A stretch of DNA of 64,000 bases, taken from Pecten maximus (taxonomy: Eukaryota). How positions within the stretch are numbered: the stretch's first letter is position 1; every line of letters begins with the position of its first letter. The stretch lies in the NCBI RefSeq assembly GCF_902652985.1, contig NC_047025.1:9734001-9798000 (forward strand), given 5' to 3'. Of this stretch, positions 49,613 to 62,830 are shown in pieces. The notes beneath the pieces are model-generated. The model did not search any database, had not been told where the DNA came from, and saw only the letters and a program-made list of their open reading frames with translations. The position numbers and the translations under genes were made by a program.

Positions 49613-52600
49613 TTTGATTAAAAAAGAAAAACCAATAGCCACGTACATTAAACATAAAGCTCTGTAAATCTACAACACAAAATTTAGATAGAATATCTGA
49701 AATACGTGACTAAAAACTTTTCCTCAGCTTTTCCTCAACAAATAATCATCTTTCCTGCCTTTAACTTTAACTTGCTAACATAAAACTGGCGAATTAAGTA
49801 CATCTACAAGATATTTGGCATGAATATAACAACAATTATATCAAAATATCTCCAAATTTAAGAGAATAATCACGTTTCCCGTTTAAAGAATCTGTTAATA
49901 GCTGATAAGAAATACTCCTTAATGACAATAATTGTTTATTATAGAGGAAATCCACTGGTAATTAACCCTTAACATTATTGAGAATTTGATGCTTCCTCGG
50001 TGTATAGAATGTATACTTCAATAGAAGTTCTCTGTGTTAGCATTCATTTTACTGAGGGTTTTTTTGTCTTTGGAGATTTTTAACCTCAAACAGTTTAAAA
50101 TCAGCTAAAAGTCGGGGAGGGCTTCATTACAGGATAAAGGAATACAAATATCATCCAAACATACAAAAAGGACAAGAGATCCCAGAAGGATCTTGGCACC
50201 CACCATTAAATTATCTTTATCAGATCTTTCACTGATCTTTTCTCTACTTTTCTCATCTTTCCTCTTTTCCTCTTAATATAAAATTGGAGAAAGAGCAGAA
50301 CTTTTTCAGGAATACCGATGTTACACACTGCCAATATCAAATTCATATAATCCATGAAGAACAAAATAATTTTAAAATAGCATTACACGTAACAAACTTC
50401 TACTGTAAAATTCCAATGGCCACCTATTGGCCATTTCGTTTTCCGATAAAACCTCAAATTTCAATATACACACCTAGAGAACAAGAGTCTAAATTTGAGA
50501 AAGTTCCATGAAGACCTATCCGAGAAATAGCGATAAAAATCCTCATTTCTCTCTTTTCATATGATGAACCACAGACAAACAATAACATCCACATAATGTG
50601 TCCAGATTAGTTGTACATCTATAAATCTATCAATCTGCATTTGTTTAATTCTTGGCTCAAACAAACTCCAATTAAAAGTAACGCTGAAGTGGATTTATGT
50701 CTAAACAACAAACAGATGTAGTTTACGAAAACCGACTTGGTTTGTTGAGTAAATGTAGAAGATCTACACAGATATATCTCCCTATAAAATGTCGGTAAAC
50801 TGTTCCAGCAAGAACTTTAACCAGCATTCTTATAGCTTTGCCAAAATGGTAGAAATCGCTAGAACTGGAGGTCATCAATTGGTTTTCAAAATAAACAAAA
50901 AGTGGAACCGGGAGGGCTCAGCAAGTTCAACCTTTGACCTTTTAACCTTGTCTGGTGATTACCAAAATCAATTGTAGACCTGGATGGTGTGATGCTATCA
51001 TGTGAATACCAACTAAATCTGTCCAGGGGTTCATGAGATGTACATATCATACATATACTTCTTTTATTTTAAAAGTGGTCATCATCTGTAACCTTTGACC
51101 TTTAAAGACTGAAGATCACCAAATATACTGAAAAAAAGATGTTGTATGAACTAAATCTGTCCAAAGGTTCAAGAGATGATCTTGTCCACATATTAGCTTT
51201 TAAATTTCACAGACAGAGCTGCACTCATGCAGTAGATACGGTACACATACATGGTATCTTATTTAATCAATCACAAGGTCAGGCCTAACACCGTCATACC
51301 TGTCATGGCTGAAGGTAAAAATTTCATCTAGATATCTGACAATACCATCTGTTACACAAATCTGTTCGGGACAGCTAGTTCAAGGTTATCAGAAAAGGTT
51401 TAAGTTGCACATTAACGATCTCAAAACCAAGGTTTGATATCTCTTCTGTAGTTCAGCAGGTACAAATCTTTCAAAATTAGAAATTTCTTTAATTCTTGTT
51501 CCACAAACATAAAACATGTCCTTCAGGTTTGTATTGGATTAAATGTGACGTTTTGGTGACTAAACTCTTTCACAAAATTTTGTTTGATACCCTAATTTTC
51601 AAAACATTCTTTCACAAAATTTTGTTCAATAACCCAATTTTCATAACAATCTTTCAAAAAAAATTATTTGATAAGCTATTTTTAGTCTTTATTTTTCTTT
51701 TTTTTTTCTTTTTCTTTTTCTTGGGTTGGGCCTTGGGGGAGGGGGTGGGGAGAAGGAAACTGGGCCTTGGGGGAGGGGGTGGGGAGAAGGAAACTGGGCC
51801 TTGGGGGAGTGGGTGGGGAGAAGGAAACTGCACCACCATTCCTTCAGTACATAAAAAATTGAGCAACATTTTACATATTCTCTTTTTTTAACAGTAGAAG
51901 CTCAATCCTTTTAACAAATCCAAGATTAGGAAATATTACATTGTTCCACAAACCTATAAACGTCGGGAACTGAAATGCACATTAATATAATCACCCACTC
52001 CTCGATATATACACCATGTATATATGTACACCACATTCCTGGATTTCATCTTCTTCAAGATAAAAGCTGTGAATTTTTAACAGTCCCCAGGCTATAAAAT
52101 CCCCATCATCCGTTTTTCCATTATCTATAAATGTAACCAAACCAAGAAGATGCTGGCAAAGAAATGCATTTTTACAATGGAACGGTGACGAGATTGGCGT
52201 AAATTTCCAAAGAGGTTATCAATCAGGGATAAACAGCAGTGATATATATATGGTATATGCAGCAATAATTCCATGCTTAAGTACAAACATTTAAGTTGAA
52301 GTACACGTCACACGAATATCGGGAGCCACACCAGGCATCACAGTACACCTCCCCCCTGAAGACCCTTCAAACCTCTCAACAAAAAATTCCAATATTTACT
52401 AACAATGCATGCTTCCAGATGAAAAAGGCTGAAAACAGAGATTCCAATAATCCACATCTGTTCAACTTATAAATCTGGTATCGACAAAAGGCCTTGAGGG
52501 CCTGTGTGGATATCTTCATACTTGAAGGTTCAGAAGGATGCTATCAAAGAGCATGTGGAAGGACTTGGTGTCTGTAAATATAAGACTGTAGCTAATTTGT

Positions 52601-52799
52601 GATTAGACAATAGAGCCACTATGGTCTGATGTTGACCTCATGTGCAGTCAATGTCATTGCCATGGCGAAATGAGAAGGATTTTAGATAAATCTGAACACA
52701 TCATGAACAAGAGGCCCATGCAGAGGGCCTGCATCGCTCACTTGAATATTTTAAATTTCAAATATTTTCCTCCTACTTTTGAACCGACTCTCCCAACAA
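49613..52799. repeat. Tandem segmental duplication, copy 2
   Basis: Collinear with 45708-49022. Confidence 0.96.
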
Positions 52800-53052
52800 T
52801 GGTTCAAACTACAGGTGGACTAAATTCTGTCATTCTTGAAAAAGAAAAAGTATTTTAAAGTTTATTTTGCTACAATTCCCCTATTGGACCCCCTTTCTCC
52901 TGCCCCCAGGGTGTACGTCACATCCTTCATTTATGCAACATACAACATTGCCAAAAAATTCTCCAGACCAAATTTCATCAAAGTCCATTTAGTTTTTCAG
53001 GACTAGTAGCATTTTTAAATAATTTACCCTCTGGGCCAGGTGAGCCAAAAAA
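52706..53052. mobile_element. Short HINE-like element
   Basis: AACAAGAGGCCC..GGGCCTGCATCGCTCAC start and CAGGTGAGCCAAAA end (inverted subterminal motif). Confidence 0.6.
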
Positions 53053-53729
53053 TTGTCAATAATAATTATATGATTACAAATGGCAAAAACCAGTTATAGT
53101 TGAATAATTCCAATTTTTCAAACTTATCCAAGATCTTGTCAATATATGGCTACATGCACAGTTTCATCAAACTTGGTTGATATTTACTCAAGTTATCATG
53201 TTCACAAGGTCCAATAATATTCTGCAAAGGGCAAGAACTTTAGAAGTTATTGTCAAATAATTTCCATATTCGAACTTGTCAAAGATCTTGACGATATATG
53301 GCTGCATACAAAGTGCCCTCCTGTAGGGTATACAGATGATTTTTATTTAATAAAAACACCCCGAAACTCAAACTTGTCTGAGATATTATGGTCTTTTTTA
53401 TTATTGTGTGAAGTTTGATCAAAATCCCTCAAGGAATGAAGCCGCTAGAGCGCTGACAAACTTTTGCATTAGGTACATACGTATACATACATTCTGTACA
53501 TTAGGTACATACGTATACATACATTCTGTACATTAGGTAATACGTATACATACATTCTGTACATTCGAACAAGATGGATGGAGAGGAATCCGAAAGTCTC
53601 TCCTGCTTCATCGGTAGGGGACTTCTATTAATTACAACACACCATATATAGTATATCCATTACATTACTGAAAGATGAAAATGGTTCATAAATAAACCCT
53701 CAGTTTTAATACTGAACTTTCACAAGGAA

Positions 53730-54628
53730 AAGGGGCTTATTTGAGGATAAATATGGTACATAACTTTTACATTAGGGGAGGGGGCTTATTTGAGGTTTAA
53801 TATGGTACATAACTTTTACATTTGGGGAGGGGCTTATTTGAGGTTAAATATGGTACATACATTTTACATTAGGGGAGGGGGCTTATTTGCGGTTAAATAT
53901 GGTACATACATTTTACATTAGGGGAGGGGGCTTATTTGAGGTTAAATATGGTACATACATTTTACATTAGGGGAGGGGGCTTATTTGAGGATGAATATAG
54001 TACATAACTTTTACATTAGGGGAGGGGGCTTTAAATTTGAGCATAAATATGGAACGTAACTTTTACATTAGGGGAGGGGGCTTATTTGAGGATAAATATG
54101 GTACATCACTTTTACATTTGGGGAGGGGGCTTATTTGAGGTTAAATATGGTACATACATTTTACATTAGGGGAGGGGGCTTATTTGCGGTTAAATATGGT
54201 ACATAACTTTTACATTAGGGGAGGGGGCTTATTTGAGGATAAATATGGTACATAACTTTAACATTAGGGGAGGGGGCTTATTTGAGGATAAATATGGTAC
54301 ATAACTTTTACATTAGGGGAGGGGGCTTATTTGAGAATATGGTACATAACTTTTACATTTGGGGAGGGGACTTATTTGAGGGTAAATATGGTACACAACT
54401 TTTACATTTGGGGAGGGGGCTTATTTGAGGTTACATATGGTACACAACTTTTACATTAGGGGAGGGGGCTTATTTGAGAATATGGTGCACAACTTTTACA
54501 TTAGTGGAGGGGCTTATTTGAGGATGAATATGGTACATAACTTTTACATTAGGGGAGGGGGCTTATTTGAGGATAAATATATATGGAACATAACTTTGAC
54601 ATTAGGGGAGGGGGCTTATTTGAGGATA
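53730..54628. repeat. 49-bp minisatellite (~18 copies)
   Basis: ggggagggggcttatttgaggataaatatggtacataacttttacatta. Confidence 0.96.
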
Positions 54629-55712
54629 GATAAGGTAATTCATTCTCACTCTATCACGTTAACAGCCATTAGGGAATGCTGGAGAAAGAGTCTCCCAATA
54701 ATCAGTGATTATTGTTGATATCATTCGTATTTAACATAGTCCCACACCAATTCTCATCAGATTGCTCCACAATGCTGTGACCGTTTCATTTTCATCTTCA
54801 TTTCCATTCTCAAGTCTTCGGCTAAATTTCAGTGATTAACTGGAATATGGAGACTTTCCAACACAGGACTTTATTTGTGCTTATATGATTTCATGGTAAG
54901 ATGACAATATCAGTGTTTGAATGAACAAATTACCGTCTTGAACTATTGGGATTACAAACACGTTGCAGAATTGCAAACTAGTAGGATCGATATGAGTATT
55001 TCCACCAATCCTGATAACACTGCCGACACCATTGATAAAAAATGCAGCCATGATGTTGACTGAAGGGTTGATTTAGAAAAGAGCTCATTTGAGCCAATAA
55101 AAAACTACCATATTATGATGAAACTTTGAAATCATCTGAATGTTGTACATGTTTCTATTAGATATTTGATACAAAATCTAAATACAACCTCTTTTGGTGC
55201 TTCGCCCATATTAGGCACTTAATAAAAAGTGTGAATTAGAGGGAATCTTCTGTTCTATAGTGTGTCATTAAAATTCACCATGGAAACAGAAATCTTAATA
55301 GTTATGAAAATTAAAAATGTTTTAAGTGAGACATTTTACAACTCAACTCTTGACAACTCTGAAATATAATTTGAATTTAGAATTAAATAAATTGTTTCTT
55401 TTAAAAGCTTTTTAACTTTCTACTTTTTACGACAATAACTTGTTGATCCTGATAAGAGTGTAAGTGGAAAGCTCTGTTAGTCGGAGTAATGGATACAAAA
55501 TATATATCCATGGAGACAGTTGACCTGTACCTTAATTCGGACCAGGTATAACATTAAAAGTGTTGAGTGTGACCTTTGACCTTGACTGATTTCATTACCT
55601 GCAAAATCTAACCAAGTGTTTGACTTAATTGCTCTAGTGGGTTAAATAAAAACTAAATATGTCCAGAAGTCAATGAGATATCTCGTACTTGAGCTTGGCA
55701 TAGACACACCAT

Positions 55713-56487
55713 AGGATGGACACAGACAAGGATGGACACAGATAAGGATGGATGGACAAGGATGGACAGACAAGGATGGACACAGGCAAAGATGGACACA
55801 GACAAGGATGGTCGTAGACAATGATGGAGAGAAAAGGATGGACACAGACAAGGATGGACATAGACAATGATGGAGAGAAAAGGATGGACACAGACAAGGA
55901 TGGACATAGACAAGGATGGACAGAAAAGGATGGACACAGACTAGGATGGACACAGACAAGGATGGACACAGACAAGGATGGACGCAGACAAGGATGGACT
56001 CGGACTAGGATGGACAGACAAGTATAGACACAGACAAGGATGGCCAGACAAGGATGGACATGGATAAGGATGGACGCAAACAAGGATGGACTCAGACAAG
56101 GATGGACACAGACAAGGATGGACAGACAAGGATGGACACAGACAAGGATGGACACAGACAAGGATGGACAGACAAGGATGGACACAGACAAGGATGGACG
56201 CAGACAAGGATGGACTCAGACTAGGATGGACAGACAAGGATGGACACAGACAAGGATGGACTCAGACTAGGATGGACAGACAAGGATGGACACAGACAAG
56301 GATGGACAAAGACAAGGATGGACCCAGACAAGGATGGACGTAGACAAGGATGGACACAGACAAGGATGTACACAGACAAGGATGGACACAGACCAGGATG
56401 GACGCCGACAAGGATGGGTACAGACAAGGATGGACAGACAAGGATGGACGAAGACAAGGATGGACACTGACAAGGATGGAAAGACAA
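55713..56487. repeat. 16/14-bp minisatellite
   Basis: ggatggac(ac)agacaa. Confidence 0.96.
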
Positions 56488-57391
56488 AGTGATGAATTGC
56501 TATTTACCCCATATTCTGACCTTTTGGTACTCTCTGAATGTGTAAATCGATCTACATTTGTACATGTAGAACAACAGGCCCTCTTGTGTATTCACAACTA
56601 CACAAATTAATCTCTGGAGACACAACACAAGACATTCAGGCAGACTTAAGTTGGCATTACAAAATATATTCAGGTCTCACATCCAAATATCAAGACTGCA
56701 TCATCATAGGGTTCTTATAGAAAGCATATCTACACTCTACATGTAGTATGTTGACAGAGCATTCAGGGCCTGAAATATGCAATAGCAATCCTCATTTCTA
56801 TTTTTAGAACGTGACCTTGACCTCAGAAATGTATAACCGTGCAACATCATTTGAAATTTCAAGAATATTAAACTTCTGGATTCAAAAATAAAAATAATCC
56901 ACCTAAACAAATGGATAGATGGAAATTTAAGACACTTCTGTTTTTAGCACACATGACAAATCTTACTAAAACCATTAATTTAAAATTCACCTTTAATTAA
57001 ACAGCCAATGCATATGTAGAACTTGGAAGAAGTGTTGAGAAAGGGAATATATTAAAATATAACACAACTAGACTTTGTGTGTGTCATAAAAATACTCAAA
57101 ATGATCAAGGATTTCTGGAAAATTTATCAAGAATTAAAATAGAAAGTGACCTTGACTAAATTCTGGTATGTTTATTTGAAAGCCTTGAAAAGAGTTGAAC
57201 TATCATTAGCATTAATGAGCCATTCAGCATTGAGACCCAAAAGAGACCTGCCACCATAATTAGCTAGAATCTATTGTCTTAATTTCTATCAATTATATCC
57301 ATTCAAAGAACCTGGGTGATAGACTCTCTAATTCAATTCCTATCCAACGACTTACTACTATACAGTCATAACTGAGTAATGCAACACTCCT

Positions 57392-59328
57392 ACAGTAGTA
57401 GTTCAATAGTCCCCCTCCCTCAGTAGTTCAATAGTCCCCCTCCCTCAGTAGTTCAATAGTCCCCCTCCCTCAGTAGTTCAATAGTCCCCCTCCCTCAGTA
57501 GTTCAATAGTCCCCCTCCCTCAGTAGTTCAATAGTCCCCCTCCCTCAGTAGTTCAATAGTCCCCCTCCCTCAGTAGTTTAATAGTCCCCTCCCACAGTAG
57601 TTCAATAGTCCCCCTCCCACAGTAGTTCAATAGCCCCCCTCTCTCAGTAGTTCAATAGTCCCCCTCCCCCAGTATGTTAATATAGTCCCCTCCCTCAGTA
57701 GTTCTTCTATAGCCCCCCTCCCCCTGTAGTTCAATAGTCCCCCTCCCCCAGTAGTTTAATAGTCCCCTCCCTCAGTAGTTCTTCTATAGCCCCCCTCCCT
57801 CAGTAGTTCAATAGTCCCCCTCCCTCAGTAGTTCAATAGTCCCCTCCCACAGTAGTTCAATAGCCCCCCTCCCTCAGTAGTTCTTCTATAGCCCCCCTCC
57901 CCCAGTAGTTCAATAGTCCCCCTCCCTCAGTAGTTTAATAGTCCCCTCCCTCAGTAGTTCTTCTATAGCCCCCCTCCCTCAGTAGTTCAATAGCCCCCCT
58001 CCCTCAGTAGTTCAATAGTCCCCCTCCCTCAGTAGTTTAATAGTCCCCTCCCACAGTAGTTCAATAGTCCCCCTCCCTCAGTAGTTCAATAGCCCCCCTC
58101 CCACAGTAGTTCAATAGTCCCCTCCCACAGTAGTTCAATAGTCCCCTCCCACAGTAGTTCAATAGTCCCCCTCCCACAGTAGTTCAATAGTCCCCCTCCC
58201 TCAGTAGTTCTTCTATAGCCCCCCTCCCTCAGTAGTTTAATAGTCCCCTCCCACAGTAGTTCAATAGTCCCCCTCCCTCAGTAGTTCAATAGTCCCCCTC
58301 CCTCAGTAGTTTAATAGTCCCCCCCTCAGTAGTTTAATAGTCCCCCCCCCCACAGTAGTTCAATAGTCCCCCTCTCTCAGTAGTTCTTCTATAGCCCCCC
58401 TCCCACAGTAGTTCAATAGTCCCCTCCCACAGTAGTTCAACAGTCCCCCTCCTCAGTAGTTCAATAGCCCCCCTCCCCCAGTAGTTCAATAGTCCCCCTC
58501 CCCCAGTAGTTCAATAGTCCCCCTCCCTCAGTAGTTTAATAGTCCCCTCCCACAGTAGTTCAATAGTCCCCTCCCACAGTAGTTTAATAGTCCCCTCCCT
58601 CAGTAGTTTAATAGTCCCCCTCCCTCAGTAGTTCTTCTATAGCCCCCCCTCCCCCAGTAGTTTAATAGTCCCCTCCCTCAGTAGTTTAATAGTCCCCTCC
58701 CACAGTAGTTCAATAGTCCCCTCCCACAGTAGTTTAATAGTCCCCTCCCTCAGTAGTTTAATAGTCCCCCTCCCTCAGTAGTTCTTCTATAGCCCCCCCT
58801 CCCCCAGTAGTTTAATAGTCCCCTCCCACAGTAGTTTAATAGTCCCCTCCCCCAGTAGTTCAATAGTCCCTTCCCTCAGTAGTTCAATAGTCCCCCTCCC
58901 TCAGTAGTTCAATAGTCCCTTCCCTCAGTAGTTCAATAGTCCCCCTCCCTCAGTAGTTCAATAGCCCCCCCCCCCCCCCTCCCTCAGTAGTTCAATAGCC
59001 CCCCTCCCTCAGTAGTTCAATAGTCCCCCTCCCTCAGTAGTTCAATAATCCCTCTCCCCAGTAGTTCGATAATCCCGCTCCCCAGTAGTTCAATAATCCC
59101 TCTCCCCAGTAGTTCAATAATCCCCTCCCCAGTAGTTCAATAATCCCCCTCCCCCAGTAGTTCAATAGTCCCCCTCCCCCAGCAGTTCAATAATCCACCT
59201 CCCTCAGTAGTTCAATAATCCCTCTCCCCAGTAGTTCAATAATCCCCTCCCTCAGTAGTTCAATAATCCCCCTCCCCCAGTAGTTCAATAATCCCCCTCC
59301 CCAGTAGTTTAATAGCCTCCTTCCCCAG
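57392..59328. repeat. ~25-bp C-rich minisatellite (~75-80 copies)
   Basis: cagtagttcaatagtccccctccct. Confidence 0.97.
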
Positions 59329-62300
59329 AATTACCCTCACCCTCCCTTCCCTACTATTCCATCTATATGAACTCATATCCTCATCATAATCACACAGATT
59401 AGAACAGATGTTCTCCTCATCAACACCAGGCCATGTTTACGGTCTGCCATCAGTGGTCCTGGTACTGAGTGTTTTATGTTGTTATGGTTGTACCTCTGTA
59501 CATACATCCTTCTTCATTCAACACTAAAAAATCTCCCCGAAGTGAAATCATGCAATCTTGATTTTATAAGTGTTATTCACAGGGGAGATCTAATTAAAGT
59601 TTAATTTAAATTGCTTTGTTTTTTTCTCCATAAAACTGTTTTGATGTAATTATTAACAGATCATTCAGTACTGTATAAGTCGTATGACAAATTTGTCCTT
59701 TCCTGAATACAGGGGATGAAATTTCCCCAGCAATAAGTCCTGTTCTGTAAAATAAAATTATAAAACTAGAAAACGTCTTACATGAATTATTGAGATCTAA
59801 TAATTAAACAAAAGTTTTTTATGTAAGGAACCAAAACAAGTGGTCTTTATAGACAGGTATTACTTATATAGATATGGCCTTAAAGACAGGTTTGACAAAT
59901 CATGTGTGTAAATACTGATAATTTGTTTGACCATCACTACAGAGTGGTCTCCCCTGATTTGTGATAACATATCTTGCAACTGTCCTGTAGTCCTTATCTA
60001 CCAACTGACGTGAAGATTTGATGGAAAAGATAACACATTCCACAACAGATCTGATTTGATCCAATCACATTGAAGAGAAACATAGGGCTATTTACAATGA
60101 TTCCTTTTCCTTGTTACGAGAGTCTCTTATAAATGTACTTGTTGGTACAAGTCAACTTTCAAGTATTGAAATCTGTTGAGGAGCAACACAATTTCAACAA
60201 ATAAAAATATAATAAAGTATTATTTCATGGTGTAACATCGCCAATAAGAATAATCACAATTGATTAAAAATCAAAGAATAAGCTGTTGTATAAATACCAA
60301 AAGTTATATGCTTCCAGCAATTCATTCAACTCTAAAAGTTAGAAAGAAACTATCTTTTAAAAGTTTGAAGTGAATTAATAAATTCAATGAATCTCGAAGA
60401 AGCTTTATTATACTCCGCCTCTATCTTTCATTTTTAGGTAATTTTTGGTTTTGTAAGCGATGAATTTTAGAACACCTTTTCTTTTGTCTGTTATTTTAAA
60501 TTAGATTATTTCTGTACTGTGGGTGCCAATTTATTAATTTTTTGTGACACACAGTGTGTCAACCATGCAGCATCTTTGATTGGCTGCAATATCACAAAAT
60601 CTGAAATGGTCCCTAGAAATTTGTTAAGATAGACATGGAGTATTTATAGGCCTAGAATGCAACATATATCATAAGAAATAACTCATTTTAAATTCATAAT
60701 ACACTTTAATTAACTATGTAATTCTCATCATTAAATCCATTGTTCATTTAAAATTCATAAACTTGAGATAAAATCTGACATATTGTAAAAACTTCCTGAC
60801 GTACACAAAGATGAGAACAAAGCATTTAAGTCCACTATACTTCACTCCTCGAGATATCTTATCACCAAGGGTCTTTGAAAGTTCAAATCTCAAGAAGATA
60901 TTTATTTAAATTTAATCTGTATTCATGTGTGAGGCGATGACCCATTAAATAATAGGAACAAAGAGGGTCTGTCAAACTGTCCCCCTGGTTACAAACTATT
61001 GTTTAAATCCTTGATAAAAACTAGATATTGTCACAGGGATGTCCATTTCAGGGTACCCCGATTACAATAACAGAAATAAACGCCATCAATCATTCAATTC
61101 AGAGGATAAATACGGTATCAAGGGAAACGAAGTAGATTACCTGAAGTCCTGTCACCATCCCCTAAAACCATATTGATTAGGGCTGAGGGGGTTGGGGAGA
61201 AACATCTGACTGATCGTTTTCCTCCTTATGTGCCCCCGCATAAAAATATGTCAGAAATACATTTTAAATGAATATTACATAATATCAACAAATCTGACGA
61301 GAGGAAATATCAGGCAGACTAATTTGTTACGAAGACGACCAGGAGAGTAATACAAACAACTGAAACTCGGGAAAACACTAGACTGCAATAAGTTTTGTAC
61401 ACAACAGCCATGTTTGATGTTTGTCAGTGAGTCAGTATACATTCCTTCTTAAGCCCCTTATCAGTGCTGTTAGATCATACAAGGTCAGCCAAGCTGGTAC
61501 CTTGACACTTGCATATATCTCGGTCATTATCCTAAAACACTAAACCCTGTGGTGTAGCAACACGATTATTGACCTCTGTCACTAAAATCAGAAATGATGA
61601 CTTGGGTGGACTTGGGCGATCTTATTTGAACTGGTCAGAAGAAATGTTTTTGGAGACAATGACCTTTAGTGGATCTTGGGTGACCTTTGAGAAGCATCCA
61701 TGACCCTGGGTAGCTCTTGTTAGCCTTATATGAACTGGTCAAAATCGGAGAAGGGTCAAACAACCTCTGCTGACCTTTGTGAAACATCTAAGACCTTGGC
61801 TGACTCTTGCAAACCAAACACAAACTGGTCAAAATCTTATGAAGACTTGAACTGACCTCTACTGACCTTTTTGAAACACCCAAAACATTTGCTGACTCTT
61901 GCCAACCTTGAACAAGACCAGGTCAAATTCCAACAAAAACAATGATTTTTGATGACCTCGGTTGAACTTTTTGAAATGTTCAATGCATTTTAGGATTCCA
62001 GTGTCATCTTTCAAACTTTACCTGAGCTGGTCAAAAAAAATATTGACTTTATCTTCTCCTTTTATCAGGTAGGGTTTCACTTAAGGTGGTGACCTTATGG
62101 ACGTTTAAACAACAGGACACTTTCAAGGAAATGAGATAAAGTTGAAAATGCCTGAGAAGGTATAGGCCACTACAGATAGTACAAATGTACTTAATTTAAT
62201 CTAGAACAATAAGTGATCCATGAAAACATCGTAATATTTGTAATATCCTTAGAAATGATGTAAATTGAATCTCAAATATTACCATAAATTGAAAGATATA

Positions 62301-62486
62301 TCCCATAATAATGGAATAAGTGGAAAACATAGTTTACACTAATTATATTACATCTATTTGTCATAAAGTTGTGAGGAATATTAAATTTGTGCTCTCTTCC
62401 CCCACAAATATTATCAACCTAGCTACATACTGTATTTCATACTGTGGTACAGCCTTTGATGGCTATAAGAAATGTACAGTATAGGT

Positions 62487-62830
62487 AAACCAAGTATTAC
62501 GGACAGACAGATGGACAAAACAAACCCATAATACTCTACAAGGATGAATACCATCACAGAAAAAGGAGGTAAACTGAAAGACAAACCATGTGTTACGGAC
62601 AGATAGATGGACAGAATATTAACCCATAATAATAGTCCACTCTACAAGGATGAATACCATCACAGAAAGAGGCGGTAAACTGAAAGACAAACCAAGTGTT
62701 ACGGACAGACAGATGGACAAAACAAACCCATAAATACTAGTCCACTCTACAATGATGAATACCATCACAGAAAGAAGAGGTAAACTGAAAGACAAACCAA
62801 GTGTTATGGACAGAAAGATGGACAGACAGA
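62487..62830. repeat. ~100-bp repeat x~3.3
   Basis: aaaccaagtgttacggacagacagatggac...gaataccatcacagaaa..ggtaaactgaaagac. Confidence 0.9.

Noticed and set aside
55642-56610. Many overlapping Cys/Pro- or Asp/Gly-rich ORFs
   Set aside because: Translations of a 16/14-bp minisatellite.
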